Under the pieces are notes generated by a model. It was not told the DNA's origin. It saw nothing but the letters and a program-made list of their open reading frames with translations, and ran no database searches. Shown piece by piece: positions 41,283 through 51,194 of a DNA stretch of 64,000 nt. The position numbers and the translations under genes were made by a program. The first letter of the stretch is position 1, and each line of letters starts with the position of its first letter. The DNA comes from an uncultured candidatus Porisulfidus sp. (lineage in GTDB: Bacteria; Pseudomonadota; Gammaproteobacteria; Poriferisulfidales; Poriferisulfidaceae), in assembly GCA_965204575.1 (NCBI GenBank), contig OZ241993.1, positions 640,001-704,000 of the forward strand, read 5' to 3'.

Positions 41283-41300
41283 CTGTCAGAATGATGTAAC
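41283..41300 (+). promoter_or_regulatory. Pho box upstream of phoB
   Basis: CTGTCAG-AATG-ATGTAAC, 11-bp-period repeats. Confidence 0.7.
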
Positions 41301-41325
41301 ATTTGCAGGGCAGACTAGCGCAAGC

Positions 41326-42066
41326 ATGCCCGTTGCAAAAATCCTCATCGTCGAGGACGAGCCCGCCATCCGCGAGATGGTGAGTTATGCCCTCCGGCAA
41401 TCCGACTTTGAACTGCTGGAAGCAGAAGACGCACAGCAGGCCTATGGATTGATTGCCGACCATAAGCCGGACCTGGTCCTGCTTGACTGGATGTTGCCCG
41501 GGCAAAGCGGCCTGGAGGTGGCCCGGCGCTTGCGCAAGGATGCGCCGACCTCTGAGCTTCCGATCATCATGCTGACCGCCCGCGGGGAGGAATCCGACCG
41601 GGTGCGTGGACTGGAGTGCGGGGCGGACGACTACGTGTCCAAGCCGTTCTCGCTGCGCGAATTGATCGCCCGCATCCACGCCCTGCTGCGCCGTTCCGCA
41701 CCGCATATCGCAAGTCCCACGCTACAGCATGGAACCGTCCAGCTCGATTCGCTTCGGCACGAGGTGTGGGTTGGCAAGAAGCAGGCCGAAATGGGGCCGA
41801 CGGAGTTTCGGCTGTTGCGTTTCCTGATGGCGCATCCCAACCGGGTCTATAGCCGCAGCCAGCTGCTGGACCAGGTGTGGGGGCAGAATAGTTACATCGA
41901 GGAACGGACCATCGACGTGCATATCCTGCGTTTGCGCAAGGCGCTCGGCAAGAAGGCCTCGGGTCATATCCGTACCATTCACAGCGCAGGTTACCAGTTC
42001 CACACCGACCTGCCCGCAAAATCCAGCAAAAAATCCGGGAAGGCCAAACAGCGTAAGGCTGCCTGA
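41326..42066 (+). CDS. phoB: phosphate regulon response regulator
   Basis: LLDWMLPG, GADDYVSKPFS, MGPTEFRLL, ERTIDVHILRLRKAL. Confidence 0.95.
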   Translation: MPVAKILIVEDEPAIREMVSYALRQSDFELLEAEDAQQAYGLIADHKPDLVLLDWMLPGQSGLEVARRLRKDAPTSELPIIMLTARGEESDRVRGLECGADDYVSKPFSLRELIARIHALLRRSAPHIASPTLQHGTVQLDSLRHEVWVGKKQAEMGPTEFRLLRFLMAHPNRVYSRSQLLDQVWGQNSYIEERTIDVHILRLRKALGKKASGHIRTIHSAGYQFHTDLPAKSSKKSGKAKQRKAA

Positions 42067-42074
42067 CGACTCGG

Positions 42075-43373
42075 GTGAAGGATCCCGCGCTTTCCAGGGA
42101 GGTCACGCGCCTGTTGGCGCTGGCGGTGGTCGGCGCGGCAATTGGCTCTGCTTTTTCAGTGCCAGGTCTGGGGTTCGGGCTGGCGCTGCTCTTCTTTATC
42201 CTGTGGCACGCGCGGCAGTTGCGCCAAGTACGGAAATGGGAGCGCCTTCCACAGGCACCGATCCCGCACAACCTGTCGCCGTTTTGGCACAAATGGGTCG
42301 CGGATTTGTCGGATCGCCGGCATCAGGCGGCTCAAGTCAAACAGGAGCTAAAGCGTCTGCAGAGAAAATTCGAGGTTCTGTCGGTCGCCTTGCCGGACGC
42401 CGCCGTGGCGGTAGATTCGGAATTGCGGATCGAATGGTTTAACGACACAGCCGAGTCCTTGCTGGATTTGCAACCGGATGATCAAGGCCGCTCACTGGCC
42501 CATGTCGTGCGCATCCCGGAACTGGTCCAGTACTTGCAGGAGGGGGATTTTGCCCTGCCCTTGGACTTGGAGGCATTCGCAGATTCTTCGCACCCGGTGA
42601 GCGTGCAGGTTTCGAAGTTCGGAAAACACGACCGGCTGATCACCTTTCGCGACCTGACCCAGGAAATTCGCCTGAACCAGTTGCGCCAAGAGTTCGTGGC
42701 CAACGTGTCGCACGAGATCAAGAGTCCCCTGACCGTGGTGACTGGCTACCTGGAGACCATCGAGGACCATGCGGACAAACCCCCGAAGCGGTCGGTCATC
42801 CGCGAAATGTCACGCCAGTGCCAGCGCATGCGTCACCTGGTGGAAGACCTGCTGGAGTTGTCGCGGCTGGAGGCCAGCGAACTGAGCGATTACGACCTGC
42901 AGGACGTGGACTTGGCTCTCCTGACGGATGAGGTCCGCCGAGAAGCCCAAGCCCTGACCTCGGAAGCCCAGCACACGATCGAGGTGGAAGGCGAGGCTGG
43001 GGTGACGATCCGAGGGCGACCGGAAGAACTGCATAGCGCGTTATTCAACCTGGTCAGCAACGCGCTGCGCTATTCACCGGACGGGGGCGTGGTGAAGATC
43101 GGTTGGCAACGCAAGAACGACCGGGTCCGGCTGTCGGTCACCGATCAGGGGGTCGGCATCAAGAAAGATCAGATCGCCCGGCTGGCCGAACGCTTCTACC
43201 GGGTCGATAAGGCCCGGTCGCGCAACACCGGGGGGACGGGGCTCGGGCTTGCGATCGTGAAGCACATCCTGCAGCGCCATGATGCGCGGTTGCAGATCGA
43301 CAGCGAATGGGGCAAAGGCAGCACCTTCACCTGTGTATTCCCGTTTCCGGTGGAGGGCCGCAAGGGGCGTTAG
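42075..43373 (+). CDS. phoR: phosphate regulon sensor kinase
   Basis: PAS, FVANVSHEIKSPLT, ERFYRVDKARSR, GGTGLGLAIVKH. Confidence 0.93.
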   Translation: MKDPALSREVTRLLALAVVGAAIGSAFSVPGLGFGLALLFFILWHARQLRQVRKWERLPQAPIPHNLSPFWHKWVADLSDRRHQAAQVKQELKRLQRKFEVLSVALPDAAVAVDSELRIEWFNDTAESLLDLQPDDQGRSLAHVVRIPELVQYLQEGDFALPLDLEAFADSSHPVSVQVSKFGKHDRLITFRDLTQEIRLNQLRQEFVANVSHEIKSPLTVVTGYLETIEDHADKPPKRSVIREMSRQCQRMRHLVEDLLELSRLEASELSDYDLQDVDLALLTDEVRREAQALTSEAQHTIEVEGEAGVTIRGRPEELHSALFNLVSNALRYSPDGGVVKIGWQRKNDRVRLSVTDQGVGIKKDQIARLAERFYRVDKARSRNTGGTGLGLAIVKHILQRHDARLQIDSEWGKGSTFTCVFPFPVEGRKGR

Positions 43374-43379
43374 ACGGTA

Positions 43380-44258
43380 TCAGCCGAATCGGCCCGTGAT
43401 GTACTCTTCGGTCAGCTGGTGCTTCGGTGTGGTGAAGATGTCCTTGGTGGTTCCCACCTCGACCAGGTAACCCAGATGGAAGTAGGCGGTGCGCTGGGAG
43501 ACGCGCGCGGCCTGCTGCATGGAGTGGGTGACGATGGCGATGGAGAAGTTGTTACGCAACTCGCCGATCAGTTCCTCGATCCTCGCGGTGGCAATCGGGT
43601 CTAGAGCCGAGCAGGGCTCGTCCATCAGGATCACTTCGGGACTGACCGCGATGGCACGCGCGATGCACAGGCGCTGCTGCTGGCCGCCGGACAATCCGGT
43701 GCCGGGCTGATCCAAGCGGTCCTTGACCTCGTCGAGCAAGCCTGCCCGCTCCAACGAAGTATGGACGACTTCCTCCAGGTCGGTGCGGTCGTGCACCAGC
43801 CCATGGATGCGGGGGCCGTAGGCGACATTGTCGAAGATTGATTTCGGAAACGGGTTGGGCTTCTGGAATACCATGCCGACCCGGGCGCGCAGCAGGACGG
43901 GATCCACTTTGCGGTCGTAGATGTTGTGGCCGTCCATATGGATCTGGCCCTCGACCCGGCAGCCGTCGATCGTATCGTTCATCCGGTTGAGGCAGCGAAG
44001 CAGGGTGGTTTTCCCGCAGCCGGACGGGCCGATCATGGAGACAACGGAATTCGATCCGATGTCGAGGTTGACGTCGAAGACGGCCTGTTTGGCGCCGTAG
44101 AAGACGTTGACGTCACGGACCTTCATTCGAGGGTTTTCCGTGGTGTAGTCGCCGACCGTCGTCAGGTCGATATCTTTCTTTCCGGAAATGGCGGTTTCTT
44201 CTGGCTGATCCGGGATCGGCATGTCCAGGGCTTCGGTGGTGTCCATAGGGTTATCCAT
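43380..44258 (-). CDS. pstB: phosphate ABC transporter ATP-binding protein
   Basis: [39 protein letters not shown]. Confidence 0.96.
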   Translation of the reverse strand: MDNPMDTTEALDMPIPDQPEETAISGKKDIDLTTVGDYTTENPRMKVRDVNVFYGAKQAVFDVNLDIGSNSVVSMIGPSGCGKTTLLRCLNRMNDTIDGCRVEGQIHMDGHNIYDRKVDPVLLRARVGMVFQKPNPFPKSIFDNVAYGPRIHGLVHDRTDLEEVVHTSLERAGLLDEVKDRLDQPGTGLSGGQQQRLCIARAIAVSPEVILMDEPCSALDPIATARIEELIGELRNNFSIAIVTHSMQQAARVSQRTAYFHLGYLVEVGTTKDIFTTPKHQLTEEYITGRFG

Positions 44259-44283
44259 GAATTATAGGGGACAAAAGGGTTCC

Positions 44284-45558
44284 TCAGAATCGCTTGGCAA
44301 TCTTTTTGCGCAGGTAGACGGCGGTCGCGTTCATCGTGACCAGGAATGCCAGCAGTACCAGGATTGCAGCGGAGGTGCGTTCGGTAAAGCCTCGCTCGGG
44401 GCTGTCCGACCACAGATAGATTTGTACCGGCAAGGCCGTGGCTGGGTCCGTGAACCCGCTGGGGGCCTCGACGATGAAAGCCACCATGCCGATCATCAGC
44501 AGGGGGGCCGATTCGCCCAGCGCCTGCGCCATGCCGATGATGGTGCCGGTCAGCATGCCGGGCATAGCGATAGGCAGTACGTGGTGGAACATCGCCTGCA
44601 TGCGCGAGGCGCCGATGCCAAGCGCTGCCTCCTTGATGGAGGGGGGCACCGACTGGATGGAGGCGCGCGATGCGATGATGATGGTCGGCAGTGTCATCAG
44701 CGTCAGTACCAGCCCGCCCACGACGGGCGTGGACCGGGGCATGCCGAACCAGTTGATGAAGATGGCAAGCCCGAGCAGTCCGAAGATGATCGAGGGCACG
44801 GCGGCGAGGTTGTTGATGTTGATCTCGATCAGGTCGATGAAGCGGTTGCGTGGCGCAAACTCTTCAAGATAGACGGCCGCGGCCACGCCGATCGGGAACG
44901 ACAGCAACAGGGTCACGATCAGGGTCAGGAACGACCCCATCAAGGCACCGAGGATGCCAGCCTGTTCCGGTTCCCGGGAGTCTCCGGCAGTGAAGAATGT
45001 GGTGTTGAACTTCCGTTCGACAACGCCTGCCTCATCCAGGATGTCCACATAACCGATCATCCGGTCGTTCAGGCGCCGTTCGTCCTCCGGCAGATTCCGG
45101 TCGATGTGTCCTTTGATCAGCATGTCAATGTCATCGTCGGCCACCAGCCAGACGCGCTGGGTCGTGCCAATCAGGCCGGGATTCTCGAGAACTCGTTCAC
45201 GCAGATCAAACGCGGCACCCCCGCTCATGATTCGGCTCACCTCGCGGCGTCCCGACCGTCCGCTGACCTGAGGGAACTGCTGGTACATGGCGGTCTTGAC
45301 CAGCTTCCAGTAATCTGCGGAGAACAGGGCCTGGGGGTCGCGGTCGCCGTCTGGGTCGATGACCTCGGGATCGAAGTAGATGGGCAATTCGATGTAGGTC
45401 TGGGTGAACGCCTGATAGCCATTCGCAATGATGCTGGTGAACAGCAGCACCAGGAAGGACATCCCGAGGAGAATGGCGATGATGCCGTAGGCCCGGAACC
45501 GTTTCTCGGCCCGTTGCCGCCGGGCCAGTCCGGAAACAATCTTTTGCGTGTGAATCAT
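44284..45558 (-). CDS. pstA: phosphate ABC transporter permease PstA
   Basis: NLAAVPSIIFGLLG, AQALGESAPL, ALPVQIY. Confidence 0.95.
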   Translation of the reverse strand: MIHTQKIVSGLARRQRAEKRFRAYGIIAILLGMSFLVLLFTSIIANGYQAFTQTYIELPIYFDPEVIDPDGDRDPQALFSADYWKLVKTAMYQQFPQVSGRSGRREVSRIMSGGAAFDLRERVLENPGLIGTTQRVWLVADDDIDMLIKGHIDRNLPEDERRLNDRMIGYVDILDEAGVVERKFNTTFFTAGDSREPEQAGILGALMGSFLTLIVTLLLSFPIGVAAAVYLEEFAPRNRFIDLIEININNLAAVPSIIFGLLGLAIFINWFGMPRSTPVVGGLVLTLMTLPTIIIASRASIQSVPPSIKEAALGIGASRMQAMFHHVLPIAMPGMLTGTIIGMAQALGESAPLLMIGMVAFIVEAPSGFTDPATALPVQIYLWSDSPERGFTERTSAAILVLLAFLVTMNATAVYLRKKIAKRF

Positions 45559-46934
45559 TCGTACTGCTCCCGGTATTTGCGCACGACGTAAAGGGCGATG
45601 AAGTTAAGCACCAGGGTGACGAAGAACAGGGTCAGGCCGAGGGCGAACGCGGCCAGTGTCTTGGGGCTGTCGAATTCCTGGTCGCCGACCAGCAGAGTGA
45701 CGATCTGCACGGTAACCGTGGTCACGGCCTCCAGCGGGTTGGCTGTCAGGTTGGAGGACAGGCCGGCCGCCATCACGACGATCATGGTTTCGCCGATGGC
45801 GCGCGAGATGGCCAGCAGCAAGCCCCCGATAATCCCGGGGAGGGCGGCGGGCAGAATGACCCGGCGCATGGTCTCGGAGTGGGTGGCCCCCATTCCCAGC
45901 GAACCGTCACGCATCGCCTGCGGTACTGCGGCAATCACGTCATCGGACAGGGAGGACACGAAGGGAATGATCATGATGCCCATCACGAGGCCGGCCGCCA
46001 GGGCACTTTCGGCCGCGACGTCAAGACCGATGGAAGCCCCGAACCCGCGCAGAGCGGGGCTCACTACGATGGCGGCGAAGAAGCCGTATACCACGGTCGG
46101 CACCCCGGCCAGAATTTCCAGCAGTGGCTTGACCGCGGTGCGGACCTTGTGCGGGGCGTATTCCGACAGGTAGATTGCCGACATCAGGCCGATGGGCGCG
46201 GCGATCATCATCGCAATGAACGAGATGAGCAAGGTGCCGGCAAACAGCGGCACGGCGCCGAAGGCTCCGCTGGAGCCGACCTGGTCCTCGCGGATCGCCA
46301 TCTGCGGGCTCCACTCTAGGCCAAACAGGAACTCGGTCACTGGAACGGTCTGGAAGAACCGGCTGGCCTCGAACAGGACCGAAAGCACGATGCCGATGGT
46401 GGTGAAGATGGCCAGTGTCGAGCACAGCAGCAGGAATCCGCGGACGAATTTCTCAATCTGGATCCGGGCGCGGACGCGGGGGGTCAGGAATTTCAGAACC
46501 AGCGCGGAGCAGATGGCGAAGACCGACAGGCAGGTGGCAGCCAGCGCAATCGCGGCGGTTTGCGACAGTTCACGGTAGCGGTCCGCCGCCATGCGGACCT
46601 CCTCGCTGGCCATCTGATAGCTCATGGGATTGTTGATGGCGTTGCGGATGTCGCCGATCAACAACTCCGGCGTCGCCGCCATGGACTCGGCATCCGGCAG
46701 TATCGCCAGCACTTGGGCCATGAGGATGTCGCCCTCGAAAATCAGCCACAGGAAGTACACCAGCAGGGCAGGCGCACCGGCCCAGATGGCGCCCAGCATC
46801 CCAAAGTGTTCGGGGAGGGAGTTGAGACGCGTGACGTTCGCTTCCCGGGCCTGCCGCAGCATGCGGCGCTGGCTAAAGAAATAAGCTGCCGACGACAATG
46901 CCAGCAGTACAAAAATCAGAAAAAGTGGGGACAC
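45555..46934 (-). CDS. pstC: phosphate ABC transporter permease PstC
   Basis: LAGVPTVVYGFF, SRAIGETMIV, GDQEFDS. Confidence 0.95.
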   Translation of the reverse strand: MSPLFLIFVLLALSSAAYFFSQRRMLRQAREANVTRLNSLPEHFGMLGAIWAGAPALLVYFLWLIFEGDILMAQVLAILPDAESMAATPELLIGDIRNAINNPMSYQMASEEVRMAADRYRELSQTAAIALAATCLSVFAICSALVLKFLTPRVRARIQIEKFVRGFLLLCSTLAIFTTIGIVLSVLFEASRFFQTVPVTEFLFGLEWSPQMAIREDQVGSSGAFGAVPLFAGTLLISFIAMMIAAPIGLMSAIYLSEYAPHKVRTAVKPLLEILAGVPTVVYGFFAAIVVSPALRGFGASIGLDVAAESALAAGLVMGIMIIPFVSSLSDDVIAAVPQAMRDGSLGMGATHSETMRRVILPAALPGIIGGLLLAISRAIGETMIVVMAAGLSSNLTANPLEAVTTVTVQIVTLLVGDQEFDSPKTLAAFALGLTLFFVTLVLNFIALYVVRKYREQYE

Positions 46935-46977
46935 CTGGGAATGATCTCTTAAGAGAGAAACATTATCCCGGCAGAAT

Positions 46978-46995
46978 ATGTCAGTTTGGTTACAG
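46978..46995 (-). promoter_or_regulatory. Pho box upstream of pstC
   Basis: Minus strand CTGTAAC-CAAA-CTGACAT. Confidence 0.75.
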
Positions 46996-47028
46996 CGGCA
47001 TGGACGCGCTGTGACCAGATCGCCGCGG

Positions 47029-47301
47029 TCAACTCTCCGGTTCGACGAATTCCTTTGGCTTTTCGGAACCTTCTCCGAAGAAATATTTTTCCATCTCGTC
47101 TTCGAGGAATTTCCGCGCCTTGGGATCGACCGGGGTCAGCCGGTATTCGTTGATCAGCATGGTCTGGTGGCGCAGCCAGCCGCCCCAGGCCTCGGCCGAG
47201 ACCCCGTCGAAGATACGCTGCCCGAGCGGTCCCGGATAGGGCATCCGCTCCAGACCCTCGGCTTCGCGGCCGAGTTTTACGCATTGGACCATTCGGGGCA
47301 T
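47029..47301 (-). CDS. yggX: Fe(II)-trafficking / oxidative damage protection protein
   Basis: [29 protein letters not shown]. Confidence 0.95.
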   Translation of the reverse strand: MPRMVQCVKLGREAEGLERMPYPGPLGQRIFDGVSAEAWGGWLRHQTMLINEYRLTPVDPKARKFLEDEMEKYFFGEGSEKPKEFVEPES

Positions 47302-47365
47302 TGCTGAATAGGTTCGAGGACGGGTTGATGGGGGAAAGGATTATAGATTAACTTGACCAAGCCCG

Positions 47366-48136
47366 TCACTCACAGACTACGCCGTCACCGTCGCCATCGT
47401 GCATGAGCGGATAGGCGGGATGTCCGCGCGGTACGGGCGCGATGCCATGGCGGCGCGCTTCGCGGCAGGTGATTCTTCCATTCCGATTGTCATCCCAAAG
47501 GCGCAGGGCTTCCGCTCCTTCCGGGGATGATGCGGGACGGGAGTCCGGCAGGTCGGATGCAGCAATGCAGTCCGATTTCTCGATTTCGGTCGTCGTGCAG
47601 GTGGACAGGACCCGCTCCAGGGCTTCGGCCTCGCGCCGATCGATGCTCAGCCCGTACTTGAGGCGTACCTGAATCACGCGATTGGCGAACCAGCATCGAT
47701 TGATCGCGGGCATCCATTCAGCCGCATCGTAGGCGCGTTTCTGGTGTCGATTGAGTTTGGGGTCAGCCAGTGTCAGGTTGAGAAGGTCGGAGCTGAATCT
47801 TTTTCGGGTGGCGATATCTGCGCGGCACAGCCCGCTGTCGTGCGCCTCGGAGCGGGCCACGACATGTTCAATGTCGGTTTGCCGAATGCTGCCGAAACAC
47901 TGCCCGGTGTAGGGACTGTAGATTTTTCCGAGTTCGGTGACGATTCTAGGCTCGACCGACTGCGGGTAGGAATAATCACGGCTCCGGTAGGGTGAGCAAC
48001 GATCTTCCGGCTCGACGACCAGGCCGCGCCAGGTTTCGGCCGGGACGGGCGGGACGTGGAAAACAGTAGAAAGGACGATGCAGATAGATGCCTTGCACAG
48101 CCTCCGGTGAGAGGTTCGGGGGATCCGGGGGGACAT
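47366..48136 (-). CDS. secreted HNH (DUF1524-like) nuclease with Excalibur-like Ca-binding tail
   Basis: Hydrophobic signal, DIEHVVARSEAHDSG, DLLNLTLA...NR..K, C-terminal DGDGDGVVCE. Confidence 0.7.
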   Translation of the reverse strand: MSPRIPRTSHRRLCKASICIVLSTVFHVPPVPAETWRGLVVEPEDRCSPYRSRDYSYPQSVEPRIVTELGKIYSPYTGQCFGSIRQTDIEHVVARSEAHDSGLCRADIATRKRFSSDLLNLTLADPKLNRHQKRAYDAAEWMPAINRCWFANRVIQVRLKYGLSIDRREAEALERVLSTCTTTEIEKSDCIAASDLPDSRPASSPEGAEALRLWDDNRNGRITCREARRHGIAPVPRGHPAYPLMHDGDGDGVVCE

Positions 48137-48322
48137 GGACTGTGGAGCGATCTTGCGTCGTTTGGCAATGCCGGAGCGGACGAAGCCGCAAACCGGCTTC
48201 TTCGGCATCCGGCGCATGGAGATGATCGTGTGATGCGGGCGCAATGTCGTGACGGCACTCCTCGCGGCAGATAATCTTCCATTCTGATTGCCAGCGCGTT
48301 TCGAAAAATTCATTCGCGCAGT

Positions 48323-48595
48323 TCAAGGGTTCCTGTAGATTTTGCTGCGGCGGCCGACCCGCAAGATCAGGACGGTCAGCCGTTCATTCTCTATTCTGCA
48401 GATTATGCGGCAGTCACCAACCCGATAACGCCACAGGCCGGCAAAACCCGCCGCCAGCGGCTTTCCGAGCTGCCTGGGGTTTTCAGCAACCGCCACGCGG
48501 TCATCGAAATAATCGAGAATGGCTCGTCGTGTCTGCGCATCCAGCTTCCTGAGTTCCCTGACCGCGCGCTTGTCGTATTCAATTGTCCAGGGCAA
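48323..48595 (-). CDS. relE: RelE/ParE family toxin
   Basis: WTIEY..A..EL.KLD, PRQLGKPL, LWRYRVGD.RII, VGRR..IY. Confidence 0.9.
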   Translation of the reverse strand: MPWTIEYDKRAVRELRKLDAQTRRAILDYFDDRVAVAENPRQLGKPLAAGFAGLWRYRVGDCRIICRIENERLTVLILRVGRRSKIYRNP

Positions 48596-48791
48596 GCGTT
48601 CGCCTCACTGTCTGGCTGGTCATGGTGTCGGCAGGATGTTCCAGCCGATGGACGGCAAGAAACAGGTCCTCCAGGTCATCGAGGTTGTCTTCGATGAGTT
48701 TTTTGATGTAGAAGGTTTTGGTACGGCCTGTCGTCACGGCGAGGGCGTTGAGCCGTGTCTCGACCTCTTCGCTTAAACGCACGCTTGTCAT
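48579..48791 (-). CDS. relB: ribbon-helix-helix antitoxin (RelB-like)
   Basis: SVRLSEEVETRLNALA..TGRTKTFYI...LDDLEDL. Confidence 0.85.
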   Translation of the reverse strand: MTSVRLSEEVETRLNALAVTTGRTKTFYIKKLIEDNLDDLEDLFLAVHRLEHPADTMTSQTVRRTLALDN

Positions 48792-48811
48792 GATGGTTGC
48801 CCTCCTGATCG

Positions 48812-48834
48812 TAATAGATGTAAGACATGTATTA
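48812..48834. promoter_or_regulatory. inverted repeat, probable RelBE operator
   Basis: TAATAGATG-TAAGA-CATGTATTA upstream of relB. Confidence 0.55.
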
Positions 48835-49035
48835 TTTCACATTATTGGGAAATTGGCGTCAACTGCAAGGCTGCACGTTTGATGATTACTCGGGACTCGG
48901 CAAAAAGTCGGAAAGGGAAAATTTTTGCGCCGGTACCGGAAGCATCGAATACCCTGCCGACGACCGCCCAGCCCAGCCATGCAGGGCAAGGCTGCAAAAA
49001 ACCCCCGAACACTCGCATCCCTTCATGCGGCTGGA

Positions 49036-49923
49036 CTAGAAGTACCGCAGCAGCCTCATTCTCAGGCCGATTTCATCGGCATCCAGCTCGTGCATGGCCC
49101 GAACCCGCAAGTCCCCCGTCCCGTCCAACTGCACCAGGGATTCCGAATCGTAATCCATGTAGTAGGTTTCGACTTGCAGGCCGATCTGTTCCGCAAGCGA
49201 AGCATGTACCCCCATTCCCAGGGCCCAGGCGGTGTAGTCCCGGTCGGTACGGACGGTACTCGCCCCGAAATCCTCTTCGCTTGTGCAGCGTGCCGGGGGA
49301 ACTTCAAAACAGCCGGTTGCGCTGTTGACGTATTCGGTCTCGATCCGGTGCACGCCGGCCAAGACGTAGAGCCCGGCATCCGGGCCGAGCGCGGAGGTCA
49401 GGAACTCCGGTCGCCCGCCCAGCCTGAGCGTCACGCCGTAGCTGTAGTCTTTTTCGAAGGTCCAGCGCTCCGGCCAGTTCTCGCCGACCTGCGGGCCGAC
49501 CGAAAAGGCCGGCAGGTCCGGATCATTGGCATCGTTGTAGGTTTTCCGTGCCGCGGCATCCTCGGTGCCTTCCAGCCCTCCGCGCGCTTTCCCGCCGTGG
49601 TAGGCCAGATTGATCTCGCCGCTCCAGTACAGGCTTCCGTAGCGGAGAGGGCGCTGGTATCCAAGCACGAACCCGAACCCGCTTGCCGTCTTGGTGTCGG
49701 AATCCCGTTCCGTGAAGATTTTGCCCTGGGACAGGGTCATGTTTCCGTCCGGCGTGTTGTCGAGGGTCTTGAAGACCGAAACGTCCAGGTCTTCCGCGGC
49801 GGCGGAAATCCCGATATAAACGCCTTCCTGCAAAGCGGCAGCCGGAGCCGGGGCGCCTGCCAGAAATACCGTGCAGACCAGGATTCCAGAGATCGGGACG
49901 ACGGATCGATTTATCCTCTTCAT
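49036..49923 (-). CDS. outer membrane beta-barrel protein
   Basis: Signal peptide, GVYIG, alternating beta strands, C-terminal RLLRYF (BAM signal). Confidence 0.7.
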   Translation of the reverse strand: MKRINRSVVPISGILVCTVFLAGAPAPAAALQEGVYIGISAAAEDLDVSVFKTLDNTPDGNMTLSQGKIFTERDSDTKTASGFGFVLGYQRPLRYGSLYWSGEINLAYHGGKARGGLEGTEDAAARKTYNDANDPDLPAFSVGPQVGENWPERWTFEKDYSYGVTLRLGGRPEFLTSALGPDAGLYVLAGVHRIETEYVNSATGCFEVPPARCTSEEDFGASTVRTDRDYTAWALGMGVHASLAEQIGLQVETYYMDYDSESLVQLDGTGDLRVRAMHELDADEIGLRMRLLRYF

Positions 49924-50173
49924 CTTTGTCCTCAGCCAAAGTCGGTCTCGGATTCAAGAAATTATAGTCGGCATGTCAGGCCGCATCCTGCTGCCGTGAT
50001 TGTTCTCGCACGGCATCTGCCACGGCCTGGCCGATCAGTTCAATTTTTGCGAGTTTTTTATCTTGGGTCGGAGTTCATCCAGGATGGCCCGGTCCAGCAG
50101 CCCTCCCCACAAGGCGCAGGCCTCGATCAGACTGGATGACTGTACCACGCGGCATCTTATTTTTGGAATGCGG

Positions 50174-51190
50174 TTATACGCTGGAGGGCGGCTCGCGCTG
50201 GATCAGTCTCAGGATCGGAGTGGCCACGCCGACGGTCAACCGCTTCGGGTCGAACCAGCGCCCGCCTTCCCGGAACCCCGCGCGGTCCGAATTCCGGATC
50301 CGGATTCGCAGGGGATGAAGGCAAAGTTCCAGATGGCTCAGGCGATGGGTCAGGGGAGGGTCCTCCCGCCACCCCAGTTCTTTCCCGCAGTCCCGGGCCC
50401 AGCGCCGCGCCGCACTCCGGTTCGGGTATTCCGGCAGGCTCCAGAGCCCGCCCCAGATGCTGTCCGTCGGCCTTTGCAGCAGCAGAACCTGCCCGTCTTC
50501 GGACTGCACGATGGCCACCCAGAAATCACGGCGCGGCAGTGGGGATCGCTTTCGGTCAGGTCGCTCATCCGGTTCGTGGCTGGCGTAGTGACAGTCCTGG
50601 CTCAACGGGCAGCGCGTGCAGTCGGGTGCGCGCGGCGTACAGCATTGCGACCCAAGATCCATCAAGCCCTGCGTGTAGGCGGCGGCATCCCGGTCCGGCA
50701 GCAATTGCTCGGCAGCGTGCCACAAGGCTGAACGGGAAGTCGTGGGTAGGCCCTGATGCCGCGCAATAACGCGCCGCGCATTGCCGTCGAGCATGGGGGC
50801 CGGCTGGTTCAAGGCAAGCGAGGCGATGGCGCCGGCCGTGCTGCGGCCGATGCCTGGCAGATGCATCCAGCCTTCGACGGTGCGCGGCAGACGGCCCCCC
50901 GAGTCGCGGATGGCTCGTGCAGCCTGATGCAGGTGGCGTGCCCGGGCGTAGTAGCCCAGTCCGGACCAGCACGCCAGCACGGAGTCCAAGGGGGCCTCGG
51001 CCAGTTGTTTGACGTTCGGGAACTGCCGTATGAACCGACGGAAATAAGGAATGACGGTCGCCACCTGGGTCTGCTGCAGCATGATTTCGGAGACCCACAC
51101 GCGGTACAGCGTGCGCCGGCGCTGCCACGGCAGGTCGTGCCGGCCGTGTTCGCGCTGGTAGCGGATGATCCGGCTGGCGAACGACGACAC
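50174..51190 (-). CDS. mutY: A/G-specific adenine glycosylase
   Basis: GRHDLPWQ, WVSEIMLQQTQV, GLGYYARAR, LPGIGRSTAGAI, Cx6Cx2Cx5C. Confidence 0.95.
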   Translation of the reverse strand: MSSFASRIIRYQREHGRHDLPWQRRRTLYRVWVSEIMLQQTQVATVIPYFRRFIRQFPNVKQLAEAPLDSVLACWSGLGYYARARHLHQAARAIRDSGGRLPRTVEGWMHLPGIGRSTAGAIASLALNQPAPMLDGNARRVIARHQGLPTTSRSALWHAAEQLLPDRDAAAYTQGLMDLGSQCCTPRAPDCTRCPLSQDCHYASHEPDERPDRKRSPLPRRDFWVAIVQSEDGQVLLLQRPTDSIWGGLWSLPEYPNRSAARRWARDCGKELGWREDPPLTHRLSHLELCLHPLRIRIRNSDRAGFREGGRWFDPKRLTVGVATPILRLIQREPPSSV

Positions 51191-51194
51191 AGAT

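Noticed and set aside
48168-48227. GC-rich imperfect hairpin resembling a REP element
   Set aside because: Only one copy noticed in the window and no associated transposase.
50030-50160. Short minus-strand coding-like stretch (SLIEACALWGGLLDRAILDELRPK) after mutY
   Set aside because: Possibly another gene remnant, but I cannot assign it to any family.
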